A stretch of 64,000 nucleotides of DNA, taken from NCBI GenBank assembly GCA_017397725.1, contig JAFQIA010000005.1, positions 3,784-67,783 on the forward strand, read 5' to 3'. Each line of letters starts with the position of its first letter. Position 1 is the first letter of the stretch. The stretch is from Clostridia bacterium. Lineage in GTDB: Bacteria; Bacillota; Clostridia; Monoglobales; Monoglobaceae. Under the pieces are notes generated by a model. It made no database searches and was not told where the DNA came from. It saw nothing but the letters and a program-made list of their open reading frames with translations. This document shows positions 39,104-48,800 of this stretch, piece after piece. The position numbers and the translations under genes were made by a program.

Positions 39104-40738
39104 ATGAAAAAGAATTGGAAACGTATTTGCGCAGGCGTGATGGTTGCTGCTATGGCAGTAACATTCGTTGCGTGCGGCGGCGGTAACAACGGAGAGAGCA
39201 AAGGCTCTGTTGCAGTATCCGGAGTGAATGAGTTCCCGATCGTACAGGAACCCACCACATTGTCCATTTTCTGCGCAAAGCCCTATAGCGTATCCGACAT
39301 TGAAACCAACGACTTTACCAAATGGTATGAGGAGAAAACCGGTGTCAAGGTACAATGGGATTTGATTAACGGTGATGCCCGTCAGGCGTTGAACCTGAAA
39401 CTGGCAAGCGAAGATTATTCCGATGTATTCTACGGCTTCTGGCTTTCCAGAAGTGAGCAGGCAGCTTATCACAATCAGGGTGTTCTGATTGATATGACCG
39501 ATTTGGTGGATAAGCACGGCTATTACATAAAGGAAATGTTTGAGAGCAATCCCTATATAGAGGAACATGTGCGCCATACCGATAATAAGGTTTTGGGTCT
39601 GCCGACTCTGAATATGGGCTTCTCTAACGATACCGAGAGCAAAATGTGGGTGTATAAGCCCTGGCTTGACAAGCTCAACCTGAAGGTTCCGGAAACCACT
39701 GAGGAATTCTATGAAATGCTCAAGGCGTTCAAGACCCAGGACCCCAACGGCAACGGAAAGGCTGACGAAGTTCCGCTTGCCGGAAGAAATGCACGTGGTC
39801 TGCAGACCGGTATTGACAACTATCTGATGAGTGCGTTCACCACTTGGGGAAGATATGGTATCTACAATGATAACGGAACTGTAAAATTTGCTCCCATCAG
39901 TGAGGATGCAAAAGAGGGTATTAAGTATATGCACAAGCTTTATGAAGAGGGCTTGATTCATCCGGAAAGCTTTGTTATGGACAGAGCGCGTGTGACTGCC
40001 CTTGGCGAAAACGATGTTCCGATTCTCGGTGCTGCACCGGGTAAGTGGACCATCCAGTTCACCGTTGGCGGTTCTTCCACCAATCGTAGCAATGAGTTTG
40101 TAGCGATTCCTCCGCTGAAAGGACCCAAGGGTGTGCAGCAGACCACCAACAGCGGTGATACCGACCCCGGTTTGAGTATGTTCAGCATCACCAGCACTTG
40201 TGAGAATCCTGAAGTTGCCATCAAGTGGGCAGACTGGTTCTATTCTCAGGAAGCATACCTCAAGACCAAGGCAAACGAGGGTACTCGTCTTGCAAACGAG
40301 GGCGAAACCGGCTTTGACGGTGAGCAAGCAACCCTTGCGATTGATCCGGTAGACAGCTCTCAGGTATTCGGCGCAGTGCAGAACAATCGTTGGCTTGACT
40401 TTGCGCTTGGCTATCTCTCTTTGGAGGACAGCATCAAGACTGCAAACCACACCATCGACCTGCCTCGTGAGAAGAATGCTTATGAAGCATACAAGATGTA
40501 CGCACCTTACAGAAAAGACGGTCTGGTTCTCCATGACTTCCCGATTCCTACCGAGGATACTGCGGAGTTCCTGGAACTCAGAGCAAACATTCTGTCCGCC
40601 ATCGACTCCGGTGTTGTAAGCTTTATCATCGGCGAAAAATCCATCGAGAAGGATTGGGATGCGTATGTGCAGAATTTCTACAACCTGGGCTTGGAGCGTT
40701 TTATCGAAATCGCACAGAATTATGTTGACACACTGTAA
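39104..40738 (+). CDS. Carbohydrate ABC transporter substrate-binding lipoprotein
   Basis: Lipobox TFVA-C, EEKTGVKV, WLDKLNLKVPETTEEFYEMLKAFK..DPNGNGKADEVP. Confidence 0.92.
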   Translation: MKKNWKRICAGVMVAAMAVTFVACGGGNNGESKGSVAVSGVNEFPIVQEPTTLSIFCAKPYSVSDIETNDFTKWYEEKTGVKVQWDLINGDARQALNLKLASEDYSDVFYGFWLSRSEQAAYHNQGVLIDMTDLVDKHGYYIKEMFESNPYIEEHVRHTDNKVLGLPTLNMGFSNDTESKMWVYKPWLDKLNLKVPETTEEFYEMLKAFKTQDPNGNGKADEVPLAGRNARGLQTGIDNYLMSAFTTWGRYGIYNDNGTVKFAPISEDAKEGIKYMHKLYEEGLIHPESFVMDRARVTALGENDVPILGAAPGKWTIQFTVGGSSTNRSNEFVAIPPLKGPKGVQQTTNSGDTDPGLSMFSITSTCENPEVAIKWADWFYSQEAYLKTKANEGTRLANEGETGFDGEQATLAIDPVDSSQVFGAVQNNRWLDFALGYLSLEDSIKTANHTIDLPREKNAYEAYKMYAPYRKDGLVLHDFPIPTEDTAEFLELRANILSAIDSGVVSFIIGEKSIEKDWDAYVQNFYNLGLERFIEIAQNYVDTL

Positions 40739-40762
40739 TCAGTGTAGTAAGGAGATTATGAT

Positions 40763-43700
40763 ATGAGAATAATGAAAAAAGTTTCAGCTTTGATTCTGGC
40801 ATTGTGTATGGTGCTGACCAGCTTTGCCATTCCTGCTTTTGCAGCAGGTGAAAGCATCGTTGGTGATGCAAGCATCTATAGAGCGCCTGTTGGTACTACC
40901 CAACAGATTGCTTATTCCGTTGTTGACGGAAGCGGCGCCGCAGTAGAAGGTGTTGTTTGGAGCGTCAGCGAATCTGCAGGCGTTACCATTGATGAAAATG
41001 GTGTTCTGAGTGTGGAAGGCTCTGCAGCTGCGGGAGAGCTTACCATCACCGCAACCAAGGATAGCACGGCAATCGCAACCAAGACAGTAACCATTCTGGC
41101 AAAACCGGAGCAGTACTCCGATTTGTTTGACCGTTACTATGAAGATTTTGAAGTATACGCAGAGGATGCTACCATTGCTGCGGCGAAAGGCAGTCCCCAA
41201 AGACCGTCTATCAAGTTTTCTGTTCCCAGCGGAAGCTTGACAATTGGCAAAGAGGCGAATGGAAATACCTATGCAAAATCAACAGGTCTTTGTTATTGGG
41301 GTGGCAAGTCGGGATTTGCCATTACGCGCTCTTGGAATGCAGGCAATCCGCCATATATGAATGGTTCTAACGTAGAAACAGTAGAAGGCCGCTTTATGAT
41401 TGAAAGTGCATCCGCTACCAAGCAGTCCATGATGTGGTTTGAGAGCGCAGGTGTAAGAATTGGCTATCTGGCTTCGTCAGAGGCAGGCAAAGCGGATATT
41501 GTTTATACCGACAGCAATACTTTTGCAGCAACAGTGAACACCAATGAATGGTTTGATTTCAGAATTGAATTTGACCATACAAGTGTAACTTATGATGTTT
41601 ATTTGAATGACACGCCCATCATCACAGAACAAGCAATCCTGAACGACACCTATGTGGGTGCAGCGGATAACAGTGGTGGTGCCTTCTACATCGGTGCATC
41701 GGTAGACAATCTGGCGATGTACAACGGTAGCAAAAAGGTTGCAGATGTGGAAACTGCAACTATTTCCGGTGATGCAAGCATTTACAGAGCACCGGTTGGT
41801 ACTACCCAGCAGATTGCCTATTCTGCCGTTGATGATAGCAATGCAGCAGTATCCGGCGTTACTTGGAGCGTGAGTGATTATGCCGGCGTTACCATTGATG
41901 AGAATGGTATTTTGAGCGTGGAAGGTTCTGCAGCAGCAGGTGAGCTTACTATTACTGCAACCAAGGATAGCGCGGCAATCGCAACCAAGACAGTAACCAT
42001 TCTGGCAAAACCGGAAACTTACTCCGATTTGTTTGACCGCTACTATGAGGATTTTGAAGTATATGCAGAGGATACTACCATTGCAATGAAAGGCAGCCCC
42101 CAAAGAACATCTATCAAGTATTCTGACCCCAGCGGGAACGGTTTGCTGGTAGGTAAAGAGAATAATGGCAACACCTATGCAAAAGCAACCGGTCTGTGCT
42201 ATTGGGGAGGAGCTGCAACGCTTAGAATTGACCAATCTTGGAATAGCATAAAAACATACCTGACAGATTCTGCAGTTTCTACCGTAGAGGGACGCTTTAT
42301 GATTGAAAGTGCATCTGCTACCCAGCAGTCCTTGATGTGGTATGAAAATGCAGGTGTCAGATTGGGTTATATGGCAGCAGCAGAGACCGGTAAAGCGGAT
42401 GTGTTTTCCCACGGCACCAAGGTTGCAACCGTAAACACCAATGAATGGTTTGACTTGCGTTTGGAATTGAACCATAAAGCTGTAACTTATAATGCATACC
42501 TGAATGACGGTATCATTGTCGATACCAGAGCAATGGACAACAATTTGTATGTTGGTGCAGGTGACCGTGGTAACGGCTTCTACATTGGTGCATCGGTAGA
42601 TAATCTGGCAATGTACAATGGTAGCAAAAAGGTAGTACCTGTTGAAGTAGAACCGGTAACCATCTCCGGTGATACCAATGTTTACAAAGCGCCGGTAGGT
42701 ACCACCCAGAAACTGGTGTATACTGCAGACAAAGCTTTGGCAGAGGGCGCAGAATGGCGCCTGAGCGGTGCTCCGACAGGCGTTACCATTGACCAGAATG
42801 GTGCAGTGAAGATTCCGGGCAGCGTTGCAGCAGGTGCTTTTGAAGTTCAGGTAGTTCAAGCCGGTCAGGTTGCAGGTTCTAAAACTGTGACCATTCTGGC
42901 AAAACCGGAAACCTATTCTGATTTGGGAGATCGCTATTACGAGGATTTTGAAATATATGAAAATGACGCCGCAATTGTAATGAAAGGAAGTCCCAACAGA
43001 CCTTCTTTGAAGTATGATGGTGCGTCGGCGGCAGTAGGAAAGGAAGAGGATGGCAATGTTTATGCCAAAGCGTCCCTTTCCGACGGATTGGGTTGGGGTT
43101 CTTCCAAAACCACGTTGAAGTTGTTGAACTCCTGGAACACCGGTAATGTTTATATGCCGGATGCTTCTGCCGTAGTGATCGAGGGTAGATTCAAAGCAGA
43201 AACCATGACCGAGGGTGCCCGTTGGCCAATGATGTGGCACAGCGAAACCGGTATTAACATCTCTTACGAATTAGAAGAGGATGCAGCGTATGCAAGACTG
43301 GTTTATACCGATGACAGCATTGCAGCAGGTGATGATGGTAATGCGAACTCCACCATTATCGCTCATGTTCCGGTAAACACTTGGTTCAATCTGCGTGTAG
43401 AGATGGATTATGCAAAGGGTACTTATTCTGCGTTTGTAGGAGATGCTTGTGTGATCCAAAACAAGGCGATTAGAAATACAGGCGCAAGAGTGAGTAAAAA
43501 TCTGGTGATTGCAGCATCGGTAGATGATTTGGCAATGTATAATGGTACCAAGGATGCCACCATCACCGGAGATGCGATGAGCATTATTCAGAATGGCTCT
43601 GCTGTAGACAATGCCACCAGAAGATTTGATTTTGCAGAGGATGGCAATTTCGCATTGCAGATTAGCAAAACGATGATGAATACCTCCGGCGAGGCAAAGC

Positions 43701-43885
43701 GTATCGGGTTGGTTGTAGCAGTTTACAACGCTGACAAGAGTCTTGCACATGTTTCTCTCAATCAAAAATTCATTCTGCCGGGCGTTATGGGAAGCTTTAT
43801 GACCGAAGTAGAACAAAGCGTAACCGCAGGCAGCTATGCCAAAGTGTTCATTTGGGATATGGAAACCTTAGCTCCCATTGAATAA
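40763..43885 (+). CDS. Secreted protein of three tandem ~290-aa modules plus conserved C-terminal domain; no recognisable catalytic domain
   Basis: Signal peptide; three I.GD.SIY(R/K)APVG...AKPE.YSDL.DRYYEDFE.Y...ASVD.LAMYNG repeats; ends GSYAKVFIWDMETLAPIE. Confidence 0.85.
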   Translation: MRIMKKVSALILALCMVLTSFAIPAFAAGESIVGDASIYRAPVGTTQQIAYSVVDGSGAAVEGVVWSVSESAGVTIDENGVLSVEGSAAAGELTITATKDSTAIATKTVTILAKPEQYSDLFDRYYEDFEVYAEDATIAAAKGSPQRPSIKFSVPSGSLTIGKEANGNTYAKSTGLCYWGGKSGFAITRSWNAGNPPYMNGSNVETVEGRFMIESASATKQSMMWFESAGVRIGYLASSEAGKADIVYTDSNTFAATVNTNEWFDFRIEFDHTSVTYDVYLNDTPIITEQAILNDTYVGAADNSGGAFYIGASVDNLAMYNGSKKVADVETATISGDASIYRAPVGTTQQIAYSAVDDSNAAVSGVTWSVSDYAGVTIDENGILSVEGSAAAGELTITATKDSAAIATKTVTILAKPETYSDLFDRYYEDFEVYAEDTTIAMKGSPQRTSIKYSDPSGNGLLVGKENNGNTYAKATGLCYWGGAATLRIDQSWNSIKTYLTDSAVSTVEGRFMIESASATQQSLMWYENAGVRLGYMAAAETGKADVFSHGTKVATVNTNEWFDLRLELNHKAVTYNAYLNDGIIVDTRAMDNNLYVGAGDRGNGFYIGASVDNLAMYNGSKKVVPVEVEPVTISGDTNVYKAPVGTTQKLVYTADKALAEGAEWRLSGAPTGVTIDQNGAVKIPGSVAAGAFEVQVVQAGQVAGSKTVTILAKPETYSDLGDRYYEDFEIYENDAAIVMKGSPNRPSLKYDGASAAVGKEEDGNVYAKASLSDGLGWGSSKTTLKLLNSWNTGNVYMPDASAVVIEGRFKAETMTEGARWPMMWHSETGINISYELEEDAAYARLVYTDDSIAAGDDGNANSTIIAHVPVNTWFNLRVEMDYAKGTYSAFVGDACVIQNKAIRNTGARVSKNLVIAASVDDLAMYNGTKDATITGDAMSIIQNGSAVDNATRRFDFAEDGNFALQISKTMMNTSGEAKRIGLVVAVYNADKSLAHVSLNQKFILPGVMGSFMTEVEQSVTAGSYAKVFIWDMETLAPIE

Positions 43886-43904
43886 CAGATACAGATTGTA
43901 ACAC

Positions 43905-43961
43905 AGGAAAGCAGCCTCAATCGCTCCATCCCCAAAATGGGGCGATGAAGCTGCTTTCTTA
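43905..43961 (+). terminator. Intercistronic stem-loop (leaky terminator or mRNA stabiliser)
   Basis: GAAAGCAGC-CTCAATCGCTCCAT...ATGGGGCGATGAA-GCTGCTTTC with weak U-tail. Confidence 0.6.
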
Positions 43962-43982
43962 AAAGCGTAAGGAGCGTTCAAA

Positions 43983-44942
43983 ATGGAAATGAAGATGAAA
44001 GCCGGTGCCACCACAATCAAAAAGAAACGCTATACCGGCTATTTTAGTGACATAAAAAAGAACTGGCAGTTGTATGTGATGATTTTGCTGCCCCTTATTT
44101 ATATTCTGGTTTTCAAATACTATCCGATGTATGGTGCAAGAATTGCATTTTGTGATTACATACCGCAAAAGGGTGTTGCAGGCAGCGAGTGGGTTGGACT
44201 GAAGCATTTTATCAACTTTATCAATTCTCCGCAGTTCTTTGTGTTGATTAAGAATACGTTAACCTTGAGCTTGTATTCCCTGCTGTTGTCGATTCCGTTC
44301 CCGATTCTGCTGGCGCTCAGCCTGCATTATCTGATCAATCAACGGTTCAAAAAAGTGGTGCAGATGTCGACCTATCTGCCGCACTTTTTGTCAACAGTAA
44401 TCATTGTTAGTATGCTGCACCTGATTTTCAATACCCAGTCCGGTGTGGTAAACAATATCCTGAATGCAATCACAGGCGAGAAAATCAACTTTATGAGTTT
44501 GTCTAAATATTTCCGTCATATGTATGTATGGTCGGGCGTATGGCAGGATGTGGGTTGGAACTCCATCCTTTATATCTCTGCTCTTGCAGGTGTTGACCCT
44601 CAGCTTCACGAGGCGGCAATTATTGATGGCGCAGGAAAATGGCGCAGAATCTGGCATATTGATATTGCTAGCATTATGCCTACCATTTCGATTATGATTA
44701 TTATGAGTATGGGTTCGATTATCAGCGTTGGCTTTGATAAATCCTTCCTGATGCAAAACCCCACCAATCTGGATGTATCAGAAATCCTGAGCACCTATGA
44801 ATATAAGATTGGTATTGGCGGCGGTATGCCCAACTACTCTTATCCTGCAGCAATCGCTCTTATGACATCCATTGTTACCTTTATTTTGATTTGTGTAACA
44901 AACAAGATCTCAAAGTCGCTTTCTGAGACAAGCTTGTGGTAA
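43983..44942 (+). CDS. Carbohydrate ABC permease (LplB-like)
   Basis: WVGLKHF, YLPHFLSTVI, QLHEAAIIDGAGKWRRIWHI EAA motif. Confidence 0.93.
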   Translation: MEMKMKAGATTIKKKRYTGYFSDIKKNWQLYVMILLPLIYILVFKYYPMYGARIAFCDYIPQKGVAGSEWVGLKHFINFINSPQFFVLIKNTLTLSLYSLLLSIPFPILLALSLHYLINQRFKKVVQMSTYLPHFLSTVIIVSMLHLIFNTQSGVVNNILNAITGEKINFMSLSKYFRHMYVWSGVWQDVGWNSILYISALAGVDPQLHEAAIIDGAGKWRRIWHIDIASIMPTISIMIIMSMGSIISVGFDKSFLMQNPTNLDVSEILSTYEYKIGIGGGMPNYSYPAAIALMTSIVTFILICVTNKISKSLSETSLW

Positions 44943-44968
44943 TTTAATTTAGATAAGGAGCAGTTGAT

Positions 44969-45862
44969 ATGACAGTGAATAAAATGAAGAAAACAACGGG
45001 CGACAGAGTTTTTGACGTCTTGAATGTAAGCTTTGCAACATTTGTTTTGCTTGTAATGCTTTATCCTATTATAATTGTCATCAGCTCATCGTTCAGTAGC
45101 CCGTATGCCTTGATGGCAGGTAAGGTATGGTTCTTGCCGGTGGATGTGACTTTGGATGGATACAAGGCAATCTTTGGGTATAAGCAAATATGGACCGGTA
45201 TGTACAATTCCTTTATCTATACCGTGGGCGGCACTGCCGTGAATATGATTATTACGGTTCTGGCGGCATATCCCCTTTCCAGAAAGGATTTCACCATTCG
45301 CAACGGGATTGCGTTGTTGTTTGCGTTTACCATGTGGTTTAGCGGCGGTTTGATTCCTACCTATCTGCTGATTAAGGATTTGGGATTGTTCAACTCCCGT
45401 TGGGTTATGATTATTCCCACGGCGCTCAATGTCTGGAATATGATTATTGTCAGAACCTATTTCCAGAGTAATATTTCGGGTGAGCTTTTGGAATCGGCGC
45501 AGCTTGATGGTTGTGATGATTTCAAGTATCTCCTCAAAATCGCAGTACCTCTTGCAAAGCCGGTGCTTGCGGTGGTTGCTCTGTATTATATGTCGGCAAA
45601 CTGGAACACCTTTATGAGTGCGTATCTTTATTTGCAAAAGCAAAGCTTGCACCCGATTCAGGTGGTACTGCGTGAGATTCTTCTCATAGGTAGCGTAGAG
45701 CGAATTTCCACCAGTGCAACCAGCGACAGCAATGCGCAGATGATGAATGAATTGCTGAAATATTCGCTGGTTATCGTTGCGAGCTTACCGATGATTCTGG
45801 TATATCCGTTTGTGCAGAAATATTTTGTGCAGGGTATTATGGTCGGTGCAGTGAAAGGATAA
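44969..45862 (+). CDS. Carbohydrate ABC permease (LplC-like)
   Basis: AAYPLSRKDF, FSGGLIPTYL, ELLESAQLDGC, YPFVQKYFVQG..VGAVKG. Confidence 0.93.
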   Translation: MTVNKMKKTTGDRVFDVLNVSFATFVLLVMLYPIIIVISSSFSSPYALMAGKVWFLPVDVTLDGYKAIFGYKQIWTGMYNSFIYTVGGTAVNMIITVLAAYPLSRKDFTIRNGIALLFAFTMWFSGGLIPTYLLIKDLGLFNSRWVMIIPTALNVWNMIIVRTYFQSNISGELLESAQLDGCDDFKYLLKIAVPLAKPVLAVVALYYMSANWNTFMSAYLYLQKQSLHPIQVVLREILLIGSVERISTSATSDSNAQMMNELLKYSLVIVASLPMILVYPFVQKYFVQGIMVGAVKG

Positions 45863-45875
45863 TGCGGAGGGCGTT

Positions 45876-48800
45876 ATGAAAAATATGTTGAAAAGATTGT
45901 TTACTTTACTACTGGCAGTCACTATGGTGGTGGGAACGGTTGGTACACTTTCTGTGTTTGCTGCCAATGAAATCGTGGGTGACAGTAATATCTATCTTCC
46001 CCCAACCGGGAAGACGATGCGTGTCGGCTATGGTATTTCCGGCACTTCTGAGCCGGTGGTATGGTCACTGCAAAGTGCAGTCAACGGCGTAAGCATGATG
46101 GAAGATGGCGGCTTGCTGGTTTCCGGCAACGCAACGGCGGGTGCTACCATTACCATCGAGGCAAAAGCGGAAAGTGGTACCCTGTTGGCGGAAAAAACCG
46201 TGACCATCATAGCAAAACCGGAGCAATACGGGGATTTGTTTGATCGCTATTATGAGGATTTTGAAGTATACGCCAATGATTCTACCATTGCTATGAAAGC
46301 AACCCCTCAAAGATCCACCTTAAAGTATTATGGAACCAATTTGTTAGTGGGAAAAGAAACCAACGGCAATACCTATGCCAAATCAAGTGGTCTGTGTTAT
46401 TGGGGCGGAAATGCAGGGTTTGTTTTTGGTGAGTCCTGGAATACCGAGAAGCAGTATATGTACGGGTCCAAGATTGCAACGGTAGACGGACGCTTTATGA
46501 TTGAAAATCCGTCGAGCACAGAGCAGTCCTTGATGTGGTTTGAAAATGCAGGAGTCAGACTTGGTTACAAGGTATCGTCGAGCCCCGAAAAAGCGGATGT
46601 TTATTCTCACGGGACAAAGGTTGCTACCGTGGACATCAACGAATGGTTTGATTTGAGAATTGAGTTTGACCATGTGAGCGCAACCTATGATGCTTACTTG
46701 AATGATGTCCGGATTCTGGATGACAAAACGATGAACTACAACATCTATGTTGGTTCTACCGGCGGACAACGTGGTTACGGATTCTATATCGGGGCCTCGG
46801 TGGATGATTTGGCAATGTATAACGGACGGTTGATGACCCCTGCATTTCCTGAATTGCCGGAGGTAGTCTATCTGACCGACAGCAGAAACGAAGCTGTGTT
46901 GGATTTGGATACCACCTTGTTGTTTGGTGGATATGAAATCGAAAATGCAGTCACCTATACAGGGGTTACCCAAAGTGATGGAAAGCTTATCTTGAGCAAA
47001 GGTAGCACCGCAAATGGAGTGGCGATAGCTTCCGCCTATGCTGCAGAAAAGCAGTTTACCATCACAACGGCGAATGGCTTGGACTATGATTTTTCCGATT
47101 CGTTGCATTTGCCCGCAGGAACCGGTGCAATCAGCGACGGAAAGTTGGATATTACCAGCGGCTATGCAGAGTTTGATTTGATGGATGCTACGGGTAGGGT
47201 GTTGATTACCTACGATTTGTACAATCAAGCCGGAAATGTAGGACTGGAGATTCAAACTGACAGTGCCACCAAAAATATTTCCTATGCTGCAGCAGATGCA
47301 GATGGAAAATCCGTAATTGTGGTGTTAGACACCATCAAGGATACCTATATGGTGATTCTGGGTGATGCCATCATGGAAGAGGGAACATTGACCGGTCAAA
47401 GCCTTGCATCTATCAAGGTTTCCGGCGGTATGATTGATAATTTCATCTTTACCTCGATGTGTAAGACCAATCCTTTTGTATTTAATGCTGTGATTAATGG
47501 TGCGGCAGCTGTGGGACAGACTGTGGAGGCAGATTATCGATATGTTTCCCCTTGGAATGCAGAAAGAGCCTCTGAAACTGTTCAGTGGTGGACATCTGCA
47601 ACCCAAGACGGCACCTATACCACCAAGGTGGGAGAAGGTGCTTCCTATACGCCGAATGATACCCTTGTGAATCAATGGGTAAGATTTACGGTTTCTGCAA
47701 GCGATGGTCAAATGACCAGTAACCTTGCAACTTCCGATCCGGTGCAAATCGCCGATGTCTATACCGTAGAATTTGACGGAAGTAATATCAAAACTGAGAT
47801 TTTGAACAGCTTGAATGTTCCTCATGTTTTTGCAATTACCAAGTTCTATGTTGGCAATGTATTGGTAAAAACCAAAATGAACAAGGTAACCTTTGGCAGC
47901 GGAAGCAGCGAGGTACTTGTCACTGCAAAAGATGGATGCGATGGCGCAGCGGTCTTGTTGTTGTACCCCGAAACCTTAAAGCCGGTAAGTGCGCAAAAGA
48001 CGATTGGCACTGTGCCGACAGAGGTTGCCTCAACTGATACAACCGCGGCTACACTCTCTGCAGAAGTAAAGAACGGAAAGCTGGCAATCAGCAGCAATGC
48101 AGATGATTTGGCATCGGTGGTGATTTACGGACACACAAGCGGTGATATTTTTGCAGAATATAGCGATGTGTTTGACAAAGCAGAAGTTTTTGCAAAGACC
48201 GAAGATACAACCAGCCTGGTGTTTGCAACCAACATTGCGCTTCAGGCAAACAAAAAGGCAGAAATAACCCTGCCTCAGCTTGCACGTGGTGCTTATTACG
48301 CAGAGATTGTCACCAGAGGAGGAGAAACCCTTTCCTATTTGTGGATGGAACAACCGCAGGATATCCTGAAAAATTCTGAAATGAGTCAGGATGGATTTTT
48401 CAATGTGATCAACCTGTTCTCCAAGAAAACCAATGCAGAAAAGCAGTGGATTTTTGATGAATATAAAAAAATGAGCCAAACCCAAAAAGAGGCTACGGAC
48501 AAGCTGATTGCGGCGGAAGGCTATGATATGCAGAAGCTGGATACCATAGTTAGCCTGATGGCATATCTGGCTACGCCGAGCTTGACCGGCGATGCCTATA
48601 CCAAATTCAAGGCAGAATGCTTGGCAAAAGGATATGATGTAACCAAGGTGGAACTTCTTCCCTTGGATGCAGAACCTGCAACCACTGTCGGTGTGATTTA
48701 TGCAGCCGGATGGACCGATCTCGATAGCTTCCTCACCACTGTTTACGAAAAGTCGATGCTTTATGGTATCTATCATGTGAGAAACTATCAAGAGGCAGAC

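Noticed and set aside
36864-46826. Diversity-generating retroelement (TR/VR pair) behind the near-identical repeats
   Set aside because: Mismatches are not adenine-specific (T/C and C/T in the best tract), all copies lie inside coding frames, and there is no reverse transcriptase in the window
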